Shown piece after piece: positions 1 through 9,453 of a stretch of 62,491 nucleotides of DNA. A program made the position numbers and the translations under genes. The DNA is from Pirellulales bacterium. Lineage in GTDB: Bacteria; Planctomycetota; Planctomycetia; Pirellulales; UBA1268. The stretch lies in NCBI GenBank assembly GCA_030577455.1, contig JALIAA010000204.1:1-62491 (forward strand), read 5' to 3'. Under the pieces are notes generated by a model that did no database searches, had not been told where the DNA came from, and saw nothing but the letters and a program-made list of their open reading frames with translations. Numbering within the stretch: position 1 is the stretch's first letter; the number at the start of each line of letters is the position of its first letter.

Positions 1-238
1 CAGTAAGTTTGAGTGGGGCTTCGACAACACCAAGTGCGTCCGCAGCAGCGCCGCCCCCACGGCCACCACATCCAATCAGGGCAATGTTGATTGAATCACT
101 GCCCGCCGCGTGTACCGGGCTTGAATTGAGAGAATGAGTAACACCCGAAAGAACTGTCGTTGTGGCAACAGCCTTGGAAGCCGTCGTCAAGAATTTGCGT
201 CTTGGTGTCTGCGCGCGTGAGAATGCGTTGTTTTCCAT
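1..238 (-). CDS. Gfo/Idh/MocA-family oxidoreductase, N-terminal fragment (gene runs off the left edge), Tat signal
   Basis: Own translation of the minus strand from ATG 238..236: MENNAFSRAQTPRRKFLTTASKAVATTTVLSGV...SINIALIGCGGRGGGAAADALGVVEAPLKLT. It has an RR-x-FL twin-arginine motif followed by a GxGxxG Rossmann motif. It is not in the ORF track because there is no stop in the window. Confidence 0.75.
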   Translation of the reverse strand, partial: MENNAFSRAQTPRRKFLTTASKAVATTTVLSGVTHSLNSSPVHAAGSDSINIALIGCGGRGGGAAADALGVVEAPLKLT

Positions 239-568
239 AGGAAAGCCTTACTTGGTTTATGACCGGATGGTTTCAGTTCCCTTCGATGCCGTTTCCTTAG
301 GAAGTATGTTGCTCCTGACGACCCTATTACATGGCTACCTATCGAACGTTTTCTCGCAATCAACTCCAGATGCAGCGACCACAAGAACGTGTCATAGGTA
401 GAGCGTGCAGAATTCTGCCCACCGCACAGACCACCACCGTATCGCGTCCAAATATGAAGGAAAGCAAATGCGTCAACACCCGCAGCATTCTGTAGCAAGG
501 ATGCGTCGGGGCAATCTAAGCCCAGACGCGTTTTAACTAGTCATGCTGGAATCGTCGCGTGCACGAGA

Positions 569-1261
569 TCACTTACCCTTTTCGTCTTTATCGAGCTCTC
601 GGATACGAATATTTTTCCAAGCGACGCTGTAAGGGCCGGTACCTTTCTTGATTGCATGCACTTGGAGGCCAATGAATCCAGAAGCGTCACGATCATCTTG
701 GTAATCGGCAACGGCAGTTCCGTTAATAAAGCTGCGAATTCGGTCGCCCTGGGCAATGATCCGAAACCGATTCCATTCCCCCGGCTTGTAGACGGCCTGC
801 TTCTCCTCGGCATTCACAGTTGTATCGAGCCAGCGTGTTCGCCGACCTTCGTCCCAAAAGTTTCCGGAACACCCATTTTCTCCATTGGTCGTTTCGCGTA
901 TCTCGCATTGATAGCCGTAAACCTCACCCTTTTCACGCATTCGATCGGGCTTGGATTCCTGCGGCGTCTCTTCGGCATATTGGTGGCTTCTGATCTGAAC
1001 ACCTGAGTTCAACTTAGGGTCACAACGAACATCAAACTCTAAATCAAAATCGCTGTAAGGACCACGAGTAAGAAAGGTGTTCTTTCCTTCTCCGGTCGTT
1101 CCGGTGATCACGCCATCTTTCGAAACGTAGGTTGCCCCACCGCCAACCTTTTTCCACCCTTCGAGCGAGTCACTATCGCTCAGTGAAACCCAATCGCTAC
1201 CCATGGCAAGTGAGGCGCTGAAGAAAACTGTGGTGAACGCAAGAAGGAAACGCTGCATCAT
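569..1261 (-). CDS. DUF1080 / 3-keto-disaccharide hydrolase domain protein, secreted
   Basis: Track ORF 569..1294. The signal peptide MMQRFLLAFTTVFFSASLAMG starts at ATG 1261, with AGAGG upstream. The body (W..VGGG, GFIGLQVH, VAWKNIRIREL) fits the DUF1080 jelly-roll family abundant in Planctomycetota. Confidence 0.8.
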   Translation of the reverse strand: MMQRFLLAFTTVFFSASLAMGSDWVSLSDSDSLEGWKKVGGGATYVSKDGVITGTTGEGKNTFLTRGPYSDFDLEFDVRCDPKLNSGVQIRSHQYAEETPQESKPDRMREKGEVYGYQCEIRETTNGENGCSGNFWDEGRRTRWLDTTVNAEEKQAVYKPGEWNRFRIIAQGDRIRSFINGTAVADYQDDRDASGFIGLQVHAIKKGTGPYSVAWKNIRIRELDKDEKGK

Positions 1262-1440
1262 GAAACCTCTGAATTGTGAAAAAATAGGAATCAAACATCC
1301 TCACTCAACGACCTAAGGATACGATGGTCAACGGTATGTATGCAAACGCCTCGTCCGCCTACAACAGTCGGCCCCCGACACCTTCTAGCCCGACACCTGC
1401 TAGAGAGACACACAGCGTGCACCCTCACAAGCGAACAGCT

Positions 1441-2649
1441 CTACCGCACACCCTCGTTCCAAAGTATGTGTGTGCCACTTTTTCCAGCTGCCACAATGTC
1501 GGGACGACCGTCAGCATTGAGATCAGCAATGCGGACCTGAAGTCCAACGCCGGCCTCTCCCCGATGGATTTCGTTTTTTGTGAACTTCAGCGTCTCCGGA
1601 TTCCATGAGTAGATCAACACAACCGGATCTTCCAAACCACCCGGGTCTTTCCCTGAGTGTGCCTTGACCCGTTTACCAGTAATCAGTTCTTGCCTGCCAT
1701 CACCATTCATATCAGCCCACGCCATCGTATGAGGCTGAGAAAACTTTTTGTCGATCGTATGAATTTTCCAATTGGTTGAGCCATCAGCCGCAGGCTCTCG
1801 CTGCTCCATCCAGTACAGTCCGTAGTTATGACCGTCTCCCCAGATCACGTCGGTTCTACCATCGTTATTCAGATCAACCGCCAGCATCGGCGACCCTGCA
1901 TGATCCCACGACCAGTCTGCATGATGGGTCCATGGCGTCGTCATGGCATCATTGGCAGGGCGTTCATACCAGCCATTTTTAAAGATGACGTCTTCACGAC
2001 CGTCGCCATTGACGTCGCCGAAACCAATGCCGTGCCCGTTTGAAATACCACTGCCGGCTGGACCGATGACAACTTTTGAGACTGATGGATCGTGACCTGG
2101 CTCAATCTTCCATGCAACCAATGGATTTTTTTCATTCCAGCTATCAATCACCACCTCGCCAATACCATCACCATCGAGATCGTGCAGACGCGTATTCTCA
2201 TTGTGCGTCTGCTCGGTATTTACAAGCCTGTGAACATTCCACCAGTCATCTTTTGGGGCCGTTGTCCCAGGATTTTCATACCAGAAGAGCTCTGGTTGCA
2301 TGAATGACCCCGACACGACATCGAGCCATCCGTCATTGTTTACATCAACAAGATGCTCCCCGTTGTTTTCCATGTAGTCATCTCGAAATGGTAACAATCG
2401 CCGCAAAGGATGCTGCTTGAATTCTGGCCCCATATAGCAGAAAGCACCTGCGGTAACATCAAGGTGACCATCATTATTGATATCACCAACGGCACAGCCT
2501 TCATTGAAATCTTTATGAAGTTGTTGCACACGAAACCGAAGCTTCTTTGGTGCTTTTTTCTTCTTTGGTGTTTGTGCCATGCTTGATCCGGCACTACACA
2601 GGAAGCCCACACTCACACACACGAACGCTACATGTAAAAAGAGCTTCAT
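1441..2649 (-). CDS. FG-GAP/VCBS repeat beta-propeller protein, secreted
   Basis: Signal peptide. Seven Ca-loop repeats (DINNDGHLDV, DVNNDGWLDV, DLDGDGIGEV, DVNGDGREDV, DLNNDGRTDV, DMNGDGRQEL, DLNADGRPDI). GGAG RBS upstream of the ATG. Confidence 0.8.
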   Translation of the reverse strand: MKLFLHVAFVCVSVGFLCSAGSSMAQTPKKKKAPKKLRFRVQQLHKDFNEGCAVGDINNDGHLDVTAGAFCYMGPEFKQHPLRRLLPFRDDYMENNGEHLVDVNNDGWLDVVSGSFMQPELFWYENPGTTAPKDDWWNVHRLVNTEQTHNENTRLHDLDGDGIGEVVIDSWNEKNPLVAWKIEPGHDPSVSKVVIGPAGSGISNGHGIGFGDVNGDGREDVIFKNGWYERPANDAMTTPWTHHADWSWDHAGSPMLAVDLNNDGRTDVIWGDGHNYGLYWMEQREPAADGSTNWKIHTIDKKFSQPHTMAWADMNGDGRQELITGKRVKAHSGKDPGGLEDPVVLIYSWNPETLKFTKNEIHRGEAGVGLQVRIADLNADGRPDIVAAGKSGTHILWNEGVR

Positions 2650-2873
2650 TTTTTCTCCGTCAGCATCGCCGGTGCGAGGACCGGACTTGAGTGAAATTCA
2701 CGAGTTCAAACGCAGGAACCAGACAACACCCCCACTACGTCTCAGAATACCTCATCTTATATTTTTTGACATCATTTTCGTGGCACTCTAAAACCAAGGC
2801 AAGAATGTTCCTCCGTCTCACAAGTTCCCGACACCCCACTGTGATACTCTCCTGATGATTGAAAGGCTTCACA

Positions 2874-3671
2874 ATGATCCACTTTTTTTTGAAAAAAGTT
2901 TCCGTACCAAGTTTGCTGTTTGCATCGCTCCTTGTATTCCCATGCATCCACCGAGCGCACGCTGACACCACACCTCAGAAACGCTCCACGAACAACCAGA
3001 CAAAACCAACGAAGCGTAGCCAACGGCCCAAAAACCCGGCAATGGCCCCCGTCGAGGACGTCGCCGGCCTCCCTCGTGTCTTACTCATCGGTGATTCAAT
3101 TTCTATTGGTTACACAGTCCCTGCTCGTGAAGCCCTTCGTGGCAAGGCGAACGTCCATAGACCACTGACAAATTGCGGACCAACAACTCGAGGTCTAGAG
3201 AACTTGTCGCAATGGCTTGGTGATGCGGACTGGGATGTCATTCACTTCAACTGGGGCCTCCATGACCTGAAGTATCTTGGCCCAGATGATGAAAATCTCC
3301 AGGACCCGAAAGACCCCAAGAACCATCAGCAGGTACCACCTGAAGATTATGAAAAGAATCTGAAACAGCTTGTTTCTGATCTCGAAAAGACAGGCGCTCT
3401 TCTTATCTGGCGAAACACGACTCCTGTACCCGCCGGATCGAAGGGGCGAGTTGAAGGGGATGCCGCCGCCTACAACACCATAGCCAAGCAGGTCATGGCA
3501 GAACATGGAATCGAAATCCACGACATGTATGGTTTGGTAAAGCCGCACATGAAAACCTTAATGCTCCCGAATGGAAATGTGCACTTTACAAAAGAAGGCT
3601 CTGAAACGCTCGGCAATGATGTTGCTGACGTCATCATGCAATCTCTCAACAAGAAAGCCGGAGGCAACTGA
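2874..3671 (+). CDS. SGNH/GDSL-type esterase, secreted
   Basis: Block I LLIGDSISIGY, HFNWGLHDL, and NVHFTKEG near the C-terminus. The signal peptide MIHFFLKKVSVPSLLFASLLVFPCIHRAHA starts at ATG 2874 (the track start 2859 is TTG). Confidence 0.8.
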   Translation: MIHFFLKKVSVPSLLFASLLVFPCIHRAHADTTPQKRSTNNQTKPTKRSQRPKNPAMAPVEDVAGLPRVLLIGDSISIGYTVPAREALRGKANVHRPLTNCGPTTRGLENLSQWLGDADWDVIHFNWGLHDLKYLGPDDENLQDPKDPKNHQQVPPEDYEKNLKQLVSDLEKTGALLIWRNTTPVPAGSKGRVEGDAAAYNTIAKQVMAEHGIEIHDMYGLVKPHMKTLMLPNGNVHFTKEGSETLGNDVADVIMQSLNKKAGGN

Positions 3672-3674
3672 CCC

Positions 3675-5108
3675 ATGCGACCAAAGACACTCACCTTGGT
3701 GATCTCGCTTTGTTTCATCACTCCATTTGGTCGAAGCAATTACGCCAAAGAGGATTCATCAGATTCACCTGATGTAAAACATGTTCTCTTCCTTGTCTCA
3801 GATGACTTGAAGGCAAGTGCTCTTGGATGTTACGGAAATACTCAATGTAAAACTCCAAATATTGACCGACTTGCCAACCAAGGCATGATCTTTGAAAACG
3901 CATACTGTCAGGGACTGTGGTGCGCTCCGTCACGAACATCATTTATGCACAGCCGCTATCAGGGCGAAGGGGAAAAGAATCTCGGGCAGTGCTTTCGCGA
4001 AGCCGGGTGGCACTCCGCTCGGGTTGGCAAGATTTACCATATGCGGGTACCGGGTGACATCATCGCAGGGACCGACGGCGAGGACATACCGTCATCGTGG
4101 GATGAACGTTTTAATTCAGCCGGTCTCGAAGCACATACGCCGGGCCACTATGCGTGCCTGAACCTCAACATCTTTACGGATGCTCTCGAAAACAGACAGT
4201 CAACTCGCATGCCACATCGCATGTTTGTGACCGTACGCTATGACGGAGACGGCGCAGACCAGCCCGATTCAAAGTCCGCCACGAAGGCAATTGAGCTACT
4301 TCAAGCACATCGTGACCAAAACATGTTCCTTGCTGTTGGATTTGTGCGGCCACATTATCCAAATGTTGCGCCACAAGATTTTTTTGACAACTACCCTTGG
4401 GAGGCAATGCCTCTCCCAGAGACTGTAGAAGATGACCTGAGTGACATACCGCAAGCGGGCCTCGCCAAGACTCGAAATGACAACAATCCAATTGGAGAGC
4501 ACCCAGACAATCAACGACGGATGTGGGCAGGATATTATGCAACCGTTGAATTTATGGACAGACAGGTCGGCCGTATTCTTGATGAACTGGATCACGCTGG
4601 CCTCCGTGACTCTACGGCAATCGTCTTCTGTAGTGACCATGGCTACCATCTTGGAGAACATGGGTTCTGGCAGAAATCAAATTTTCACGAGGAGGTCACA
4701 CGCGTTCCTTTGATTATCGCGGCGCCGGGCATGCCATCAGGAAGAACTCAGTCACTTGTTGAGTTGGTTGATATTTTCCCAACACTGACAGACCTGACAC
4801 ACATCAAGGCACCCTCTGACATTCAGGGGAAGAGCCTTGTTCCTATCCTTGAAGATCCCTCTCACTCTGTACGAACAAGCGCCTTATCCATACACCACAA
4901 GGGGAAGACCAACTCCTCAGGACAAGCCATACGCACACCAAAATGGTCATTCATGCGATACAAGGATGGCGCAGAAGAAATGTACGATATGGAGAACGAC
5001 CCGCTTCAGTTTACAAATCTGGCTGATAAGTCAGAATTCCAGACAACAAAGCACTCACTCACGACACAACTCCAGCAGCGACTAACCGATGCTCAAATCA
5101 ACAAGTGA
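3675..5108 (+). CDS. Type I sulfatase (formylglycine-dependent)
   Basis: C-x-P-x-R motif in GLWCAPSRTSFMHSR; LFLVSDDL N-terminal metal block; FCSDHGYHLGEHG. Signal peptide present and GGAGG RBS upstream. The gene starts 3 nt after the preceding esterase gene. Confidence 0.9.
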   Translation: MRPKTLTLVISLCFITPFGRSNYAKEDSSDSPDVKHVLFLVSDDLKASALGCYGNTQCKTPNIDRLANQGMIFENAYCQGLWCAPSRTSFMHSRYQGEGEKNLGQCFREAGWHSARVGKIYHMRVPGDIIAGTDGEDIPSSWDERFNSAGLEAHTPGHYACLNLNIFTDALENRQSTRMPHRMFVTVRYDGDGADQPDSKSATKAIELLQAHRDQNMFLAVGFVRPHYPNVAPQDFFDNYPWEAMPLPETVEDDLSDIPQAGLAKTRNDNNPIGEHPDNQRRMWAGYYATVEFMDRQVGRILDELDHAGLRDSTAIVFCSDHGYHLGEHGFWQKSNFHEEVTRVPLIIAAPGMPSGRTQSLVELVDIFPTLTDLTHIKAPSDIQGKSLVPILEDPSHSVRTSALSIHHKGKTNSSGQAIRTPKWSFMRYKDGAEEMYDMENDPLQFTNLADKSEFQTTKHSLTTQLQQRLTDAQINK

Positions 5109-7512
5109 TCATAGACTCTCTTCAGGTCAGAGAGACGCATCACTTTTCTACCAACTTCTCGTGCCGTTGCTTGCCGGGTTTATGACTTGTGGAATTCCAT
5201 CACAAGTAGTGGGCCAAAAAATGAGCGCAGAGGGTGAACAGCGAAAAGCTGCGCACAACTACCTCTTTCAAGAATTCTCAAAAGAACGAAACGTGGTCTA
5301 TCGAGAAACAGCCAGAGGCCAAGGCCTGAAAGAACTTACTGTGCTTGAGAATTCTCGAATCATCCACAATGGTGATGAGTTACTCCTTCCCAGCGGCGCG
5401 GAGGACATTGCTGTTTTCTTTCGCCATATGGCTTTTCGTGGAACGGATCTTGACGCTATTGAAAAGATAATCGTTCTCCCTTTCTCCCCAGACAAAGCCC
5501 CTCCACGGAGCCAGCAAGTAAAGGACTTCTATCGAGTTCAGATGCCTTCGATACCCATAGCCGACAGATCACACGAGCGGATGAAAATCCGTTTTTACCT
5601 GAAGGATCCCACCAGCGAGTGCACGGTCGAAACCGTGATCTTCATCGCGCAAAGCCCAATTCTGACTTCCTTCGATACGATTCCATATCGTGACCTTGGC
5701 TCGGAGTTACCCAGAGAGCATGTGCCTATCGGCATTGATACTGATCGCGAATTATGGATTGGTGAAACCTCACGTCTTCAGCGGCATCGCTGGTTTCGAT
5801 TCCACGACGCACCAGGTGCTGTAGATCAGTCCTTTGAAAAATGGGCATCGCAGAGAAATTTTCTTCCTGGACGAAACATGCTTAAATTCCAGCCTGGTCT
5901 GACAACGGCCTGGGGCGACTGGGAGCCCCTGCACGAACGCAGTGATGCTCCTGGCACTGCTGATCTCTCATTTTTCGCCACCTATGACTCCGGCACAAGA
6001 AATCGCAATGCCATTCCTGCATTCAAGGACATCGCTTACGCATCATGCTTCAACGACTGGCCGGACTTTATGAGTGTTCCTCTCATCGGCAGGGGTACAC
6101 CACAGATTGAACACTTTGACGATGCTGCAGAACTGGCTGCAGCCTATGTTGAAGATCAGATCAGAGACGGTGGCTATACAGCAAAATGGTGGGAAGTAAA
6201 AAATGAAAGTTCCTTTCAATCAGAGTGGGCGTACCACTGGAGAGAAAAAGAAGGTCTTGATGGATGGGGGCTACTTTCAGACTTTCATAACCGAGTAGCT
6301 GATGCGATACACAAGCAAGATCCGACCGTCTGTGTCGGAGGTCCAGCCGCAGCGTACATGCAACTCCATCAAAAAGACTTCTCTCTCTTTCACGACCATG
6401 CACGATTTATAAAAGAGACACGTGGAAAGATTGATTTCTTCTCGTACCACTTCTATGAAAATGCACACACGCTCGGTGCATACGAGCGTCGTGGCCAGGG
6501 ATACACAAACTATTTACTCGGTCGCTATGAAGCGACTCTCGATATGCTTCGGGCAGAAATGCACAACGCAGACAATGTTCTGCCAATCCTCATCACAGAG
6601 TGTGGTTCACTGCAAAATGGACGTCGCGCATCAGACAATTGGCTGCGTCTCCTTGCATGGAATGCCTTCCTTACCAAAACCATGCAGCGGCCTGATCAAA
6701 TAGGACTCTTTGTACCCTTCATTTTTCTTCATATGCCCTGGAATCCGTTGAGTGGGGACGCTGCCTTCACGCCACAAAAAAACAAGAATCAGCACATCAG
6801 TATTGAAGACTTTGACCCAACAACGATCGCCAATTTCTTTGAACTCTGGCGCGATTTTGATGGGCGTCGTCTCCCCACTTCCTTCGACCACGATTGGCTC
6901 GACGTTGTGGCGTTGTACGAGAAGGATCACATCGCTGTTGCCATAACAAATGTAGGGGGCAGGCAGCTTTCGATAGATCTTTCAGCTATTCGACAGAGAT
7001 TCCCAGACACTTCAGCACGTCAGACACGCCTGAACTACAACCAAGGTAACGTGACCTTCCAACCACCCCACACTGTCGACCTGAATGCAATTCCAGTTGA
7101 TGTGAATGAAACCACCGTCATTCACCTTCTGACAAAAGAAAATATCCAGCCAGTAGACAAAATACGCCTGCAGCGACATTACGCCACGCAAACTGCTGTG
7201 AAAAGCGACGGGTCAGCTCTGACCTTTTATGTTCAGACCCCGCACCCTGAACAGATCGTCTCCGCGAAACTTGTTGTAGGCATTCACCGGACAGGCGGTG
7301 TCACTACTCCGATCAAAGCGACACTCAACAGCACGCCCATCACAATAGATACCGGAAATGCTGCAGAATTCAGTGACTTTTTCGCCCCACTCACCGCGAA
7401 GGTCGTTCCTTCGGTCATGAAAAATAACAATACAGTGACCGTGACGGTGCAGCCAGGGGCTACTGTCACATCTCTTCAAATTGAGGCAACCAGCACTGCA
7501 ATGGGACTATAA
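5089..7512 (+). CDS. Glycoside hydrolase, clan GH-A-like (beta/alpha)8 catalytic core with C-terminal beta-rich domains; family unassigned
   Basis: Clan GH-A triad spacing: acid/base WWEVKNESS, FFSYHFYEN (H-x-Y), and nucleophile PILITECGS about 130 aa later. Overlaps the sulfatase stop by 20 nt. The exact start is uncertain. Confidence 0.65.
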   Translation: MLKSTSDHRLSSGQRDASLFYQLLVPLLAGFMTCGIPSQVVGQKMSAEGEQRKAAHNYLFQEFSKERNVVYRETARGQGLKELTVLENSRIIHNGDELLLPSGAEDIAVFFRHMAFRGTDLDAIEKIIVLPFSPDKAPPRSQQVKDFYRVQMPSIPIADRSHERMKIRFYLKDPTSECTVETVIFIAQSPILTSFDTIPYRDLGSELPREHVPIGIDTDRELWIGETSRLQRHRWFRFHDAPGAVDQSFEKWASQRNFLPGRNMLKFQPGLTTAWGDWEPLHERSDAPGTADLSFFATYDSGTRNRNAIPAFKDIAYASCFNDWPDFMSVPLIGRGTPQIEHFDDAAELAAAYVEDQIRDGGYTAKWWEVKNESSFQSEWAYHWREKEGLDGWGLLSDFHNRVADAIHKQDPTVCVGGPAAAYMQLHQKDFSLFHDHARFIKETRGKIDFFSYHFYENAHTLGAYERRGQGYTNYLLGRYEATLDMLRAEMHNADNVLPILITECGSLQNGRRASDNWLRLLAWNAFLTKTMQRPDQIGLFVPFIFLHMPWNPLSGDAAFTPQKNKNQHISIEDFDPTTIANFFELWRDFDGRRLPTSFDHDWLDVVALYEKDHIAVAITNVGGRQLSIDLSAIRQRFPDTSARQTRLNYNQGNVTFQPPHTVDLNAIPVDVNETTVIHLLTKENIQPVDKIRLQRHYATQTAVKSDGSALTFYVQTPHPEQIVSAKLVVGIHRTGGVTTPIKATLNSTPITIDTGNAAEFSDFFAPLTAKVVPSVMKNNNTVTVTVQPGATVTSLQIEATSTAMGL

Positions 7513-7541
7513 CCAGTCTGTGACTCGCGTCACCACACTCA

Positions 7542-9344
7542 CTAGAGCAACTGTTCGAGCTCCTGCCAACGCACATAGGCAGTCGCTACATGAGTTTCTA
7601 GCTCCCGTAGACGCTTTTGTGTAGCAGCAATCTCTTCTGCCGGAAGACGGTAAAACGAGGCGTCAGCCATTTGTTCATGGAGCGTGCTGATCTCAGTCTC
7701 TAAGCTTTCAATCTGTGCTGGCAGTTGATCGAGTTCCCGTTTGTCCTTATACGACAACTTCTGTGGTTTCCTTTCCGTGACTTCTTGAACGGTAGTCGAT
7801 GTTTTGCGTGGAGAAACTGATTGTTTCTTTGGCAAGGCAGCAGCGTCACGCTGCCTGAGCCAATCTGAGTAGCCACCAACATATTCCCGTACACCACCTG
7901 GCTCAAAGGCAATCACACTCGTTACAACATTATCGAGAAACTCTCTGTCATGACTTACCACCAGAACCGTTCCCTGAAAATCAACCAGTCTCTGCTCAAG
8001 AAGGTCAAGTGTCTCAAGATCTAAATCATTTGTCGGCTCATCCAGAACCAGCACATTCGCTGGACGGGCAAAAAGCTTGGCGAGGAGCAGCCGGTTCCGT
8101 TCACCACCAGAGAGGAATTTTACTGGTAACCTCGCACGCTCTGCAGTGAACAGAAAGTCTTGAAGGTAACTGATCACGTGCCTTTGATTTCCATCAATGG
8201 TGACGAAATCATTGCCACCGTTAATTTGTTCGACGACGTTTTGCTCGAAATGAAGCTGATCACGTAACTGGTCGAAGTATCGAACATCCAGTTTTGTTCC
8301 CAGCCGTACGGTTCCAGCACTGGGCTTAAGCTCTTCGAGAAGAAGCCGCAGAAGAGTTGTCTTTCCACATCCATTCGGACCAACAAAGCCGACCTTATCC
8401 CCGCGAAGAATTGTCGTCGAAAACTCATCAATAACCAACTCGTCTGCATACCCAAACGAAAGTCCTGCAGCCTTACAGACAAGCGTGCCGCTTCTCCCAG
8501 ATTCTTGAATCGCAATCGTTGCTTTACCCGGCTGCTCCCTTCGCTGTTGCCGTTCTTGACGCATCTGTTTCAGGGCACGAACGCGACCTTCATTCCGTGT
8601 TCGCCGAGCTTTAATACCTTGCCGGATCCACGTCTCCTCTTCGGCTAGTCGTTTATCGAAAAGTGCATTCTGCTTCTCTTCCGCTTCTAACGCAGCAGCT
8701 TTTCGCTTGAGAAAAACATCATACTCGCATTCCCAAGCTAAAAGACGCCCACGATCAAGCTCCCAGATTCGATTGGCGACTCGCCGAAGGAATCCACGAT
8801 CGTGTGTGACAAAAAGTAATGTGCCTCTCCAAGAAGCCAGAAACTTTTCCAACCACTCAATCGCCTCGAGATCCAGATGATTTGTTGGCTCATCAAGCAG
8901 AAGCAGATCTGGTTCAGTAACCAGTGCCCGCGCAAGGAGCACGCGTCGCTTACGGCCCGCTGACAGGCTCGATATATCGACATCAGGGTCGAGCCCCATC
9001 AGATCAATGATCTGCTTACTTTTTGCCTCGGCCTCCCACGTTTCAATCTGTCCTTCTTCTATCTGCAGATGCATCGCTTCCTGAACCACATCAGAGACCT
9101 GACCGACTAACTCGCCAGGTACTTCCTGCGGAAGAAATGAAACTCGCCTTCCGCTGGCGAGTACACATGAACCTGCATCTGGATCCTGATCTCCTGCTAT
9201 CACACGTAAAAGCGTCGTCTTACCCGTCCCGTTCCGACCAAGTAAGCCTATTTTTTCACCCGACTCAATAAACCGAGACACGCTATCGAGGACGTGAACA
9301 CCTCGAAAGGCAAGAGAAAGTTCATCAAGCGTAAGCAGAGCCAT
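7542..9344 (-). CDS. ABC-F family ATPase (Uup/YheS-like, no membrane domain)
   Basis: Two ABC cassettes: GRNGTGKTTLL / LSAGRKRRVLLA / LLLLDEPTNHLD and GPNGCGKTTLL / LSGGERNRLLLA / VLVLDEPTNDLD. There is a charged inter-domain linker and a C-terminal coiled coil. Confidence 0.9.
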   Translation of the reverse strand: MALLTLDELSLAFRGVHVLDSVSRFIESGEKIGLLGRNGTGKTTLLRVIAGDQDPDAGSCVLASGRRVSFLPQEVPGELVGQVSDVVQEAMHLQIEEGQIETWEAEAKSKQIIDLMGLDPDVDISSLSAGRKRRVLLARALVTEPDLLLLDEPTNHLDLEAIEWLEKFLASWRGTLLFVTHDRGFLRRVANRIWELDRGRLLAWECEYDVFLKRKAAALEAEEKQNALFDKRLAEEETWIRQGIKARRTRNEGRVRALKQMRQERQQRREQPGKATIAIQESGRSGTLVCKAAGLSFGYADELVIDEFSTTILRGDKVGFVGPNGCGKTTLLRLLLEELKPSAGTVRLGTKLDVRYFDQLRDQLHFEQNVVEQINGGNDFVTIDGNQRHVISYLQDFLFTAERARLPVKFLSGGERNRLLLAKLFARPANVLVLDEPTNDLDLETLDLLEQRLVDFQGTVLVVSHDREFLDNVVTSVIAFEPGGVREYVGGYSDWLRQRDAAALPKKQSVSPRKTSTTVQEVTERKPQKLSYKDKRELDQLPAQIESLETEISTLHEQMADASFYRLPAEEIAATQKRLRELETHVATAYVRWQELEQLL

Positions 9345-9453
9345 AGCGGACTTTTATTTTCTGTTTCTGAAGATACTGCCACTCAAGCCCACCACTGCAC
9401 AACCACTGATAACTGAATTCAAGGGCTCGCTGAAGAGCCTCGTCCGGACGGCC

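Noticed and set aside
162-498. Track ORFs 162..401 (+) and 187..498 (-) in the gap between the first two genes.
   Set aside because: Their translations have no protein-like pattern. 162..238 is already explained by the Tat-signal Gfo/Idh/MocA N-terminus on the minus strand.
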